This document shows, in pieces, positions 9,004 through 17,317 of a stretch of 32,000 bases of DNA. Position 1 is the first letter of the stretch. Every line of letters begins with the position of its first letter. The DNA is taken from the NCBI RefSeq assembly GCF_000341395.1, contig NC_020304.1:2520001-2552000 (forward strand). The letters run 5' to 3'. The position numbers and the translations under genes were made by a program. The notes beneath the pieces are model-generated. The model did no database searches. It saw only the letters and a program-made list of their open reading frames with translations, and was not told where the DNA came from. The DNA is from Desulfocapsa sulfexigens DSM 10523 (lineage in GTDB: Bacteria > Desulfobacterota > Desulfobulbia > Desulfobulbales > Desulfocapsaceae).

Positions 9004-9840
9004 TCAAGTGTAGATCGAATAACTAATAACAAGAAACCAGCATATTGATATAATCAACATGATTCGGTCATTGATTAGTATTTCCATAGGGTCACCCGAT
9101 TGTCCACACCAAATCCGATGCAGGTATCGTAAAAGCCCAAGGCAGCAAAGGGGGACTGTGTATATAAGAAATGGTCGGCCAATAACATAGATTGAATATG
9201 TCACCAAAACAGTTCCTCCAGTCATAAACATGATACTCTCAAGGAATCCCGTCCGGTATTGTGAGAGTACGGAGCGATGTGCTGAAGCGTTGGTGCGTAA
9301 AGATTTTTTTTCAGCCAACCGTTTGCCGGCTCCTAGAAAGAGAGCAAGAAAAAAAACAGTGAGAAACAGCCATTCAGAAACCGGAGTTGCAAAGGCTGCG
9401 CCTCCAGCCTCAAGGCGGAGAAGAAATCCAGTGGCAATACAAAAAATGTCTAATATAACGATCTGCTTCCACCAGATGCTATAGCAAATAATCAAGGTCT
9501 GATAGGCTAGAAGGTAAAGGAAAAATAGCCATGAGATTTGAGTGGCAAGTATTAGACTGAGGAGTGTAACAGTTGTTCCCAGGTATAAAGCTGATGTTTT
9601 TGAAATTTTCCCAGCAGGCAAGGGACGATTTTTTTTTGAATGATGCAGTTTGTCTTTCTCCAGGTCTGCAATATCATTAAATATATACATCCCACTTGCT
9701 CCGAGACTAAATGAAACAAAAGGAAGAATTAAGTGGGCGAGTGTTTCCGGTAGAAAGAAAATTCCTCCAAAAAACGGTGGAAAAATAAGCATCAGGTTTT
9801 TTAACCAGTGCCTTGGGCGGAGGAGTGTGTACCAGTGCAA
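9004..9840 (-). CDS. UbiA-family prenyltransferase, decaprenyl-phosphate phosphoribosyltransferase (DPPR synthase)-like
   Basis: 278 aa with LLRPRHWLKNLMLIFPPFFGG, YIFNDIADLEKDKLHHSKKNRPLPAGKIS (NDxxDxxxD) and DIFCIATGFLLRLEAGGAAFATPVSEWLFLTVFFLALFLGAGKRLAE. These match the DPPR-synthase-like subgroup rather than the heme O or menaquinone subgroups. Confidence 0.85.
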   Translation of the reverse strand: MHWYTLLRPRHWLKNLMLIFPPFFGGIFFLPETLAHLILPFVSFSLGASGMYIFNDIADLEKDKLHHSKKNRPLPAGKISKTSALYLGTTVTLLSLILATQISWLFFLYLLAYQTLIICYSIWWKQIVILDIFCIATGFLLRLEAGGAAFATPVSEWLFLTVFFLALFLGAGKRLAEKKSLRTNASAHRSVLSQYRTGFLESIMFMTGGTVLVTYSIYVIGRPFLIYTVPLCCLGLLRYLHRIWCGQSGDPMEILINDRIMLIISICWFLVISYSIYT

Positions 9841-9848
9841 TGTTACCT

Positions 9849-11570
9849 CTATTTTCGTGAGAGTTTCTTCGCGTAGGTTTTATATGGGCTATCATCTGCG
9901 AATGCTTCGTAGGCCATTGTAAAATATTCTTTTGCTTGCTGTGTCTTTTGCAGTTCAAGGGATAGTTTGCCAAGATTATACCAGATAAAAGGGTCTTTCT
10001 TAATTTTGTATAATAGCGTACCACTTTTTCCTGCTTCTTTGTAGTAGCCTTCTCGTTCATCTTGATTATTGGTTTCCCTGGCCAGTTGAGAGTATGTAAT
10101 AAGTAAGCCATCCAAGGCAGGAGCGTATTTGTAGTCACTTTTTACTGATATTTGTTTGAAGGTGTCCAGGGCATCGTTGTATCTCGCAAGGTTAAAATAT
10201 ATAAAACCTAAATTTCTCTCAGCCGTATAATCTTTCATTAATGGGGGACTTTGTAAACTGCAAGCCATCTTAGTGACTTCAAGTGCCTTTTCATGGTCGC
10301 CCTTTTTTGAGAGTGCTGCGCCATAGACCCAATGAATCTTTTTTGAATATGGTGATTTTATTGATGTGTCTTCAAGGATTTTTAAATTGGAATGCCAGAT
10401 AAGACCTCGCTGATAAGTTGAATAGGAAAAAGCTATCAAAAGAATGACCATCAGTGGGCTATAAATCGACTGGTTCTTTCGCGATGGATTTCGTGCAAAT
10501 ATCCCAATAGTGCTCAAAAGAATAAAGGCCATACTTATATAGACATATCTTTCAGCAAAAGGGGTCCAGGCGATCTGGTTCAGGACAATTAAGAAGGAGG
10601 GGGTTAGTAAAATGATTCCAGTTAGAAAGAATGCGGCAAGGAGTGATCTGTTCCATAGTAGCCATATGCAGAGAATCACAATAGGAATAGCTAAAAGATC
10701 ATAGAGTGGATCAACTTCCAGTATGGCAAAGTTCAGAGGCCATGGGAAAAATATTTTTTTTATGTAAAAACCTAGAGCTCTGCAAAACAACATGAGCGAG
10801 TGTACAAGATTAATATCCATGTACTGAAGCGTCAGGCCGATTCTACTGGAGTTCGAAATTGTTCCCCCAGTGCGGATTATGAAAAAAAGGGCCAACGGAA
10901 TAGTAGTGGCGAGTGTGGCAAAAAGAATGAAGAGTCTGTTGTTTGAACTTTTTGAGTTGCTTTGTATAGTTGCTGGTATGGCGAACAGTATGAGTATGGC
11001 CCCTGGAATGAAGGCGACAGCCACTTCTTTGGAGAGCATTGCCAACAGACTGGCTATGGCTGCGAACAGTAGATACGTTTTTCGTTGAGATTGTCTGTAG
11101 TGTAAAATCAAAAGTGTCGCACCAAAGATAAACATTCCGGCTAGTAGGTCTGTACGTCCGGAAACCCAATTCACTGATTCTGTGGTCAAAGGGTGGAGGC
11201 CCCAGAGTAGTGCTGTGAAAAGTGGAAAATAATTTGGTTGTTTTTTGTTTACGGTAAACAGAAGTCGGGCGATATAAAAAAGTAGAAGGATAGAAATGAG
11301 GTGGAATAAAACATTTTCCAGATGCATCCAGAATGGGTTGATTTGAAATACGTTTTTATCGACCCAGAATGTTACACCAAGAATTGGGCGGTAATAAAGG
11401 GTTGATTTTCCTTTTCGGACGAATGTATCAAGAGGGTTGGAATAACTTCTGTGTTCAAGCGATGTGAAAAGTTGTGCATCGTCAACAGCACAGATCTCAG
11501 CAGAAAAAGAAGGGTAAAAAACAGCCAAACAGGCAAATATCAAAAAGAGAACCTGTGCCCGAACAGTCAT
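9849..11570 (-). CDS. Polytopic membrane protein with C-terminal TPRs, PMT/TMTC-like putative glycosyltransferase
   Basis: 573 aa. The N-terminus has an acidic pair (EICAVDDAQLF), YYRPILGVTFWVD...HLENVLFHL and GLHPLTTESVNWVSGRTDLLAGMF, typical of TMTC/TPR-type membrane glycosyltransferases. TPR-like helices follow (YTAERNLGFIYFNLARYNDALDTF; PFIWYNLGKLSLELQKTQQAKEYFTMAYEAF). Confidence 0.8.
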   Translation of the reverse strand: MTVRAQVLFLIFACLAVFYPSFSAEICAVDDAQLFTSLEHRSYSNPLDTFVRKGKSTLYYRPILGVTFWVDKNVFQINPFWMHLENVLFHLISILLLFYIARLLFTVNKKQPNYFPLFTALLWGLHPLTTESVNWVSGRTDLLAGMFIFGATLLILHYRQSQRKTYLLFAAIASLLAMLSKEVAVAFIPGAILILFAIPATIQSNSKSSNNRLFILFATLATTIPLALFFIIRTGGTISNSSRIGLTLQYMDINLVHSLMLFCRALGFYIKKIFFPWPLNFAILEVDPLYDLLAIPIVILCIWLLWNRSLLAAFFLTGIILLTPSFLIVLNQIAWTPFAERYVYISMAFILLSTIGIFARNPSRKNQSIYSPLMVILLIAFSYSTYQRGLIWHSNLKILEDTSIKSPYSKKIHWVYGAALSKKGDHEKALEVTKMACSLQSPPLMKDYTAERNLGFIYFNLARYNDALDTFKQISVKSDYKYAPALDGLLITYSQLARETNNQDEREGYYKEAGKSGTLLYKIKKDPFIWYNLGKLSLELQKTQQAKEYFTMAYEAFADDSPYKTYAKKLSRK

Positions 11571-12439
11571 GCCTGTTCCCTGTTGATGAGTTCAAGAAAA
11601 TATTTTTCAAGATCCTTACGGAGTGGTTCAATAAGGCTAACTGGATCCGCCGTACTTTCACGACTTGTAAAGAAACGAGTAAGTTCGTTTTTGTCTATCC
11701 TCTGTTCATATATGCTTCCATCGGGATGTATAAGGTGGACAGCATAGCCGATGATGCCTTTTTGCATCACTTCAGACACCTTTTCAACAGCAATAAGTTT
11801 CCCATTTGCAATGATACCTATCCGATCACAGATTTGTTCAACATCCGAAATAATATGAGAAGAAAGAAATACGCATTTGCCGGCTTCTTTTAATTCAAGA
11901 ATGATTTCCTTGACAAGTGTACGCCCCAGAGGGTCAAGACCGGACATAGGCTCATCAAGAATATAAATATCTGGATTATGGACAAGTACCTGGGCAATTC
12001 CGAGACGCTGCACCATACCTTTACTGTAAATGCGAAGTGGTTTTTTTCGGACTTCCCAAAGTTTGAGGCGACGAAGGAGTGATTCTATTGTAACAGAAAG
12101 GTCGACTTTTTTTATTCCAAAGACCTGACCTGTGAAAAAGAGATATTCCTCTGCACTTAAGTAATCAAAAAAGGTTGGGTGCTCTGGTAGGTATCCTACG
12201 GTTTTTCTAGCTCTGGCGTCTGAAATATTAATTCCAGAGAGCTCTGCGTTGCCACTTGTGGGGCGAATAAGGTCAAGAAGGATTTTTATAGTCGTGCTTT
12301 TTCCAGCTCCGTTCGGGCCAAGAAAACCAAAAACTTCACCTTTATTTATTTGCAACGAAAGATTGTCCAGGGCGAGATTTGGGAGACCTTTTTTAGCTTT
12401 ATAAACTTTTGTCAGATTTGAAATTGAAATGGCTTGCAT
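11567..12439 (-). CDS. ABC transporter ATP-binding protein
   Basis: The likely start is MQAISISNLTKVYKAKKG at 12439 within a longer ORF (to 12562). Walker A GPNGAGKST, signature YSKGMVQRLGIAQVL, Walker B IYILDEPMSGLDP. Confidence 0.94.
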   Translation of the reverse strand: MQAISISNLTKVYKAKKGLPNLALDNLSLQINKGEVFGFLGPNGAGKSTTIKILLDLIRPTSGNAELSGINISDARARKTVGYLPEHPTFFDYLSAEEYLFFTGQVFGIKKVDLSVTIESLLRRLKLWEVRKKPLRIYSKGMVQRLGIAQVLVHNPDIYILDEPMSGLDPLGRTLVKEIILELKEAGKCVFLSSHIISDVEQICDRIGIIANGKLIAVEKVSEVMQKGIIGYAVHLIHPDGSIYEQRIDKNELTRFFTSRESTADPVSLIEPLRKDLEKYFLELINREQA

Positions 12440-12449
12440 TTGGTGGTAA

Positions 12450-13328
12450 CTATTCGTTATTAGGCACAAAAGAGAATTTACTTGTGCTTCTTGGTTTTTT
12501 GTTTTTGTCGAGGTAAAAGGTACCTCCATATGGGTCAACCAGAGGAGCTGAGAGATATCCACCGAAAATAAGGGTGTTTATGTCAGACGGGCTGGTACCC
12601 TCTTGGGTAATGTATTTCTGTACAGCATCTTCTATGCGTTGCACTTCCTGCAGTGCTTGCAGGCGAAGTTGATAAGACTCCCGGACAGATTTATTTTTAG
12701 TATTCTTAACCATAGTGTCAAGATACACTACAGCCATGTCTGTTTCCCCGCCTTCATAGAGGTATCTGCCAGCTAAACGGCCGAAAAGTGGGGAGTGAGT
12801 GATTTTTTGCGCGAGCTTATAGTATTTAGCTGCTTTTGGATAATCCTTCAGGAAATAGCCATAGTTGAATCCTGCAAAAAATGGAAGATAAAAATCCCAA
12901 TCACGATATTGCATACCGTATTCAAGAAGTTCAGTTATTTCAGGAATATTTCTTTTATCCCAGGCCATTGCTTGGGCAAGATAGTAGCCATCCATATTAT
13001 ATGGGTCGAGTCTGGACGCGGTTTTGAGCAGAGTGAAGGTGTTTTCCTGCTCTGCTAATTGAGAATGATGACTCGGGTTAAGTTGAAGCAGATGGCCGGA
13101 ATGAAACACTACTTTCAAAATAAGTAGTACAGCTGTGAGATCTTTTTGATCAGTGGCGGCGAATTTTATAATGGCAGGTTGAAGAGTATAACCTATTTTT
13201 TGGAGAAAAGGCCGTTCCTGCATATAATGGGTGAAATGGGGCAGGATGCTAATGTGGCAAACAAGAGTAAAGAGTAGGAGTGTTGAGGCTGTCCTCACTG
13301 CATTTCCCTTTGTGAAAACAAAAGACAT
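12450..13328 (-). CDS. Membrane-anchored/secreted TPR-like protein accompanying the ABC transporter
   Basis: 292 aa. An N-terminal hydrophobic segment (TASTLLLFTLVCHISILPHFTHYM) is followed by TPR-like text (RLDPYNMDGYYLAQAMAWDKRNIPEITELLEYGM; FFAGFNYGYFLKDYPKAAKYYKLAQ). It overlaps the permease gene. Confidence 0.7.
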   Translation of the reverse strand: MSFVFTKGNAVRTASTLLLFTLVCHISILPHFTHYMQERPFLQKIGYTLQPAIIKFAATDQKDLTAVLLILKVVFHSGHLLQLNPSHHSQLAEQENTFTLLKTASRLDPYNMDGYYLAQAMAWDKRNIPEITELLEYGMQYRDWDFYLPFFAGFNYGYFLKDYPKAAKYYKLAQKITHSPLFGRLAGRYLYEGGETDMAVVYLDTMVKNTKNKSVRESYQLRLQALQEVQRIEDAVQKYITQEGTSPSDINTLIFGGYLSAPLVDPYGGTFYLDKNKKPRSTSKFSFVPNNE

Positions 13329-14086
13329 GCTATTCCAAGTATAATCCCGATATAACTAACTCCATAACTTGTTATCAACAATAAAGAACTACTGTTAAGA
13401 GTTAAGCCATAAGTGGCTTGGCTGGACAGGTCAAAAGCACTGAAATTTGGTAAAATGTAATAGAGGTACTTAGCCACTTGAATTGTCACTACTGATAACT
13501 GCTGACCTTGGTCTGTATGAATATAGTCAAATACTTCCTGGGTGGCACTCCCGGCAAGATAGGTCGCAATGGTACCAAAAATTGGTAGAAAAAAAGAAGT
13601 GCTTACTGAAGAAAGAACAAAAGCGATAGCAATAAGCAGAGAATATTTGAGGGCATCAAAAAATATGGCTATGGCTATATTATTCCAGAGTATTGGACGA
13701 TCAGGCGGGTATGCTGCGGCAGCAAACCAGATTGCTCCAACAGTCATGATTGCTAAAAACAAAGCTGTAATCAGGACAAAACCTATTATTCCAAAGTACT
13801 TACCAAGCAGGTAAGATGTTCGGGTGATCGGCATCCCGAGGGTGCTGTAAACGTATTTTCTTTCAATGTCCTTCCAAAGAGAGGTACCTCCTAAAAATAC
13901 GGAGATAAGTAAAAGGATAAATGATGTTAGGGATAAAGAAAGTGTAGTCGCCAGGGCGGCAACCTGTCGGAGAGAAAAAGTGCTTGCTGCAGGAATGGTG
14001 AGAAATATAACAGCTGTACAAACTATACCTTGGTATAACTTGTCTCGTAGTACTCCCTTGAAGCTTATTAGAAAGACTGAAAACAT
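13295..14086 (-). CDS. ABC-2 type transporter permease
   Basis: 263 aa polytopic protein with FKGVLRDKLYQGIVCTAVIFLTIPAASTFSLRQVAAL...KDIERKYVYSTLGMPITRTSYLLGKYFGI, typical of ABC-2 export permeases. Confidence 0.85.
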   Translation of the reverse strand: MFSVFLISFKGVLRDKLYQGIVCTAVIFLTIPAASTFSLRQVAALATTLSLSLTSFILLLISVFLGGTSLWKDIERKYVYSTLGMPITRTSYLLGKYFGIIGFVLITALFLAIMTVGAIWFAAAAYPPDRPILWNNIAIAIFFDALKYSLLIAIAFVLSSVSTSFFLPIFGTIATYLAGSATQEVFDYIHTDQGQQLSVVTIQVAKYLYYILPNFSAFDLSSQATYGLTLNSSSLLLITSYGVSYIGIILGIACLLFSQREMQ

Positions 14087-14096
14087 TTATAAAATG

Positions 14097-14136
14097 CAAC
14101 AGAGACAGAGCCGCGCCTGGCGACCTGTCTCTGTTG
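14097..14136 (-). promoter_or_regulatory. Strong hairpin (perfect 12-bp inverted repeat) in the pilA-C/ABC-permease intergenic region
   Basis: CAACAGAGACAG (14097-14108), a 16-nt loop, then CTGTCTCTGTTG (14125-14136). On the plus strand it is followed by GTGTGG and T8. On the minus (coding) strand it is followed by CATTTTATAAATGTTTT. It may act as a terminator, attenuator or mRNA stabiliser. Confidence 0.7.
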
Positions 14137-14167
14137 GTGTGGTTTTTTTTGAAAAGACTAATTGCTA

Positions 14168-14470
14168 TTAAAATCCACTTAATGTTGTTGCGTCTGCCTG
14201 GGTTGGGGGATCAGCGTCGGCGGCTAAATCTGTGGTAGACATATCTGTCATTGTATCAGTTGTTCCAAAAGCAGTTAATCCACCGGCGGTATGTTTACTT
14301 GCGGCAGCATAGGCCACGTTGGTGGCAGTAGCAGATATTACTACATTAGTTGATACTTTGAAGTCAGCATCGCCTAGCTGTGTGGATGCCGTATCGTCTA
14401 GCGTAGCTGCAAAAGCGGTCGCTGAAGAAAACATACTCATAATAAAAACAATACTTAATACCTTTTTCAT
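14168..14470 (-). CDS. Small secreted protein resembling Geobacter PilA-C (C-terminal 'geopilin' partner)
   Basis: 100 aa. Signal peptide MKKVLSIVFIMSMFSSATAFA, then ATLDDTASTQLGDADFKVSTNVVISATATNVAYAAASKHTAGG. It sits immediately downstream of the short pilA, matching the PilA-N/PilA-C arrangement. The RBS CAGGAG precedes the ATG. Confidence 0.65.
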   Translation of the reverse strand: MKKVLSIVFIMSMFSSATAFAATLDDTASTQLGDADFKVSTNVVISATATNVAYAAASKHTAGGLTAFGTTDTMTDMSTTDLAADADPPTQADATTLSGF

Positions 14471-14525
14471 TATATATCTCCTGATAGAGTTGTTGATGTT
14501 GTTGTTTCTAATTTAAACCAAATAA

Positions 14526-14756
14526 TTACAGGTTCGGATATGCTTGGGCATCAGCATAGCCAGCTTCCATTGCTGTTTTGAAATTTCTCAGATCACTTTG
14601 AGCAGCTTTGTCAAAAGCTTTGGCACGGTATGAGGAAAACTGAGGAATAGCAATAGCAGCCAAAATACCAATAATTGCAACAACAATCATCAATTCAATC
14701 AGGGTAAAACCTTTCTGTCCGGATTTTCTTCGAAGCTGTTTCCGAAATGTGTTCAT
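14526..14756 (-). CDS. pilA: Short type IVa pilin PilA (PilA-N/e-pilin-like)
   Basis: 76 aa, prepilin cleavage KG|[60 protein letters not shown], giving a 60-aa mature form. Near-colinear with the Geobacter PilA-N sequence from memory. Confidence 0.92.
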   Translation of the reverse strand: MNTFRKQLRRKSGQKGFTLIELMIVVAIIGILAAIAIPQFSSYRAKAFDKAAQSDLRNFKTAMEAGYADAQAYPNL

Positions 14757-14839
14757 GTGATTTCTCCTATGTGAGGTGGGAGTTTAGGAGACCGTTTTTC
14801 GAATCCCCTCTTATTTATGTCTTACTTACCCAAACTACT

Positions 14840-14854
14840 TCAACAAGTATGCCA
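14840..14854 (-). promoter_or_regulatory. Candidate sigma54 promoter of pilA
   Basis: Minus strand TGGCAT-ACTTG-TTGA against the consensus TGGCAY-N5-TTGC. One mismatch, correct N5 spacing, about 85 nt upstream of the pilA ATG. Confidence 0.6.
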
Positions 14855-14966
14855 TGAGTCGTTTAGAAATACAAATATTTATTTTATCTTATGAAAATAA
14901 TGAATTGGATCATGTTGAGTTGTTTGGGAATTGTTGCGAGAAGATGTAGAACCGGATTGAACTGAC

Positions 14967-15000
14967 AAAAAAAAACATTCAATGACATTTATTGTCACTG
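14967..15000 (-). terminator. Rho-independent-like terminator after the pilE-like gene
   Basis: Minus strand CAGTGACA-ATAAA-TGTCATTG hairpin (8 bp including one G-U) overlaps the stop codon and is followed by AATG and T9. Confidence 0.6.
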
Positions 15001-15366
15001 AATACCACCAGCATCACTGTCGTAGGTAACAACCAAACCACCATGAACATTATCGGTAGTTGTAAAGCTAAAGGAGGTGCTGTTGCCAACCCAGTTACCC
15101 ACAGTGGTGTCAGGGGAGATATTGTTCCCTCCATAAATAGCCGTTTGTACTGCAGCAGCTGTGTTTGAGTAGGTACCATGGTCGGTAAAGTAGGCCACCT
15201 GAGCATTTGCTAATGTATGTGCGTCAGATTTAAGAACTGCTATAAAGGCTTTATTGCGATAGGCAGAATACTGCGGGATCGCTATAGCTGCCAGGATAGC
15301 AATGACAGCAACTACTGTCAAAAGCTCAACCAAACTAAAGCCTTTTTTATTTCTGTTTACTTTCAT
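14995..15366 (-). CDS. Type IV pilin/pilE-like (longer pilin, about 120-aa mature form)
   Basis: Prepilin NRNKKG|[32 protein letters not shown]. The start is uncertain: MKVNRNKKG at 15366, or a GTG/upstream ATG up to about 15378. The ORF track extends to 15441. Confidence 0.88.
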   Translation of the reverse strand: MKVNRNKKGFSLVELLTVVAVIAILAAIAIPQYSAYRNKAFIAVLKSDAHTLANAQVAYFTDHGTYSNTAAAVQTAIYGGNNISPDTTVGNWVGNSTSFSFTTTDNVHGGLVVTYDSDAGGIQ

Positions 15367-15421
15367 TTTCTTCAACACTTGGAGTACTCCATGCCTCGAT
15401 TGTGTATTTACTATGATCGTT

Positions 15422-15916
15422 TTACTCAACTCGCAAAACAAAGTCTATATTAGCCTGTTCACCACGAATGGGATTCGAAGAGTTCACATTAATTGAAACG
15501 AGGTCTATGATGTTTGTATTTGAAGTTATGGGGTCAATTTCATTTATAGTGGTGATGGACATATAGCAGGCTGTAAGGTCGACACAGCCATTTGCGTTAG
15601 TTTGTTTCCCGAGTGCTGCACAAACTGTACTGGAGATATCAATAGTTGATGCAGCTGCACATGTGTCAGGGGTAGTGTCACCAACACAGGTGTTACCACC
15701 ATTACACCTCAGGTTGGCTTGAACCAGTCTCCCCATTACGTAGTCAGATACGCCTTTGCCAGCATCCAGCTCAGAGATATAGCGTTTTTCAACGCCTGAC
15801 ATACGGGTACCAGTCAGCGTCATGAAGTAGGCTCCAGCAACAACTCCGAAAGCAACCAGGCCAAAGAGGAGAACAGTTATAAGGGCCATCCCTTTTTCAT
15901 TGTGAAGTATTTTCAT
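15422..15916 (-). CDS. pilX: PilX-like minor pilin/prepilin
   Basis: 164 aa, MKILHNEKGMALITVLLFGLVAFGVVAGAYFMT...SGVEKRYISELDAGKGVSDYVMGRL. Non-canonical prepilin start, position downstream of pilW. Confidence 0.78.
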   Translation of the reverse strand: MKILHNEKGMALITVLLFGLVAFGVVAGAYFMTLTGTRMSGVEKRYISELDAGKGVSDYVMGRLVQANLRCNGGNTCVGDTTPDTCAAASTIDISSTVCAALGKQTNANGCVDLTACYMSITTINEIDPITSNTNIIDLVSINVNSSNPIRGEQANIDFVLRVE

Positions 15917-15917
15917 A

Positions 15918-16931
15918 TTACCAACTCATTGGTTTAGCGCTGACTTTCAAAACTTTCCATCTATATTGAGAGAAATTAGTTACTGCTGCTGTATTAAAAC
16001 CATCGGCGGCGTTAGCAGCAGGCAGGGCTCCGTTCATGGTCAGGTCTCCGCTAAAAGTGTAGTTCGGATCCATTGCGCCAGATTGCATCAGAACATACAT
16101 ATCTATATTCTTCATACTACTTATTATATCACTGGTGGTAGAACCTACCGGGATAGTCGTTAGGTTAACCTCACCAGCATCTAATAAATCGCCATCATTA
16201 TTGAGATCCCAGTCGAAGCGTATCTGTATATCGGCCACACATTCAAGAATCCGATCACCGCCAGTTCCATTCAGTGCGTCTCCACCAACTCGTCGTAAAA
16301 GGTTCCGGGTTCCGGTGGCACATTTTGTCAATGTGTTTGTTGTACTGATCGAATAGGTGATGATATTGCAGTACTGTCCCCCAGTGGCCGTAGAACAGCC
16401 ATCGCTTACGGTGGCAACATAGGGATATGCTGACGCTATATAGTTATTAGCAGGAGTGAGGTTTGTGTTTAGGTCCTGACACGTGAGACATTGTGCCGTT
16501 GTTTGGGCGGCTATGCTTTGATTTGCAACGAATTGTTTGTCTTTTGATAGTAAGACAGCCGTGTTGACTGTAGTATCCTGTCTCCGGTCAACGATAACAG
16601 TTGGCACCGAACCTACGGTACAGTTCAAAAGGAGCCAGCCAATGGTTCCAGCATTACCATTATTTATGGTTGATCGCAGAGTGAGAGTTGTACCATCCCA
16701 AGCCATGGGAAGATTGGCCTCGTTGCTGGCAATACCAAAACCAACATGCTCAAGGTCGAGTCGAATCATTTCAGTTCCGATAATTTTCCCAAGTTCAGTT
16801 TCAGTAATGTTTTTTTGCGAATTTGCTCCCATTATAAGGCTTCTGAAAGTCTGGGATGATAATGTCAGGATGATAGTTATGATAAACATTGCTATCACAA
16901 GTTCAACAAGGGTGAATCCTCTATTTTTCAC
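15918..16931 (-). CDS. pilW: PilW-like minor pilin
   Basis: 337 aa, MKNRGFTLVELVIAMFIITIILTLSSQTFRSLIMG...EMIRLDLEHVGFGIA, typical of PilW/PilJ-type minor pilins. Confidence 0.83.
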   Translation of the reverse strand: MKNRGFTLVELVIAMFIITIILTLSSQTFRSLIMGANSQKNITETELGKIIGTEMIRLDLEHVGFGIASNEANLPMAWDGTTLTLRSTINNGNAGTIGWLLLNCTVGSVPTVIVDRRQDTTVNTAVLLSKDKQFVANQSIAAQTTAQCLTCQDLNTNLTPANNYIASAYPYVATVSDGCSTATGGQYCNIITYSISTTNTLTKCATGTRNLLRRVGGDALNGTGGDRILECVADIQIRFDWDLNNDGDLLDAGEVNLTTIPVGSTTSDIISSMKNIDMYVLMQSGAMDPNYTFSGDLTMNGALPAANAADGFNTAAVTNFSQYRWKVLKVSAKPMSW

Positions 16932-17317
16932 TTGTTTGCCACGATGGTAGAAGTTGTATTAGTGTATTGTTTTCCTTTTGTGCTCCAAGTTACCTGAACT
17001 CCGACAGATTTTGCAACAGTAGATACAGCCTGGGTGACGGTTACTTCCGTTGTAAAGGTGACGTTAGCATTGTTTACCTGACGCTGATAATTGACCTGAG
17101 CTTTTGTACCCAAATCGAGGAGGCTATTATTGTACGGGATATTCCGGTAGTCCGTCAATATCTCATCCGCCAGACGGACAGCATGGTCTCTTAGGGTGTT
17201 GTTTGTTGAAAATTGGTATAGGCCAGAAAGGGCCTTCAAACTACCAAGCATCATAACCGCAAGAATGACAATTGCAATTAGTGCCTCAAGTAACGTAAAG
17301 CCTTTTTTATTTCGCAT
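16928..17317 (-). CDS. pilV: PilV-like minor pilin
   Basis: MRNKKGFTLLEALIAIVILAVMMLGSLKALSGLYQFSTNNTLRDHAVRLADEILTDYRN. The likely start is the Met before RNKKG at 17317; the ORF extends to 17359. Confidence 0.83.
   Translation of the reverse strand: MRNKKGFTLLEALIAIVILAVMMLGSLKALSGLYQFSTNNTLRDHAVRLADEILTDYRNIPYNNSLLDLGTKAQVNYQRQVNNANVTFTTEVTVTQAVSTVAKSVGVQVTWSTKGKQYTNTTSTIVANK

Noticed and set aside
14526-14756. Calling this pilin an electrically conductive nanowire
   Set aside because: Aromatic density and positions match the e-pilin pattern, but sequence alone cannot establish conductivity, and extracellular nanowires in Geobacter are strongly argued to be cytochrome filaments. Only the sequence similarity is claimed.
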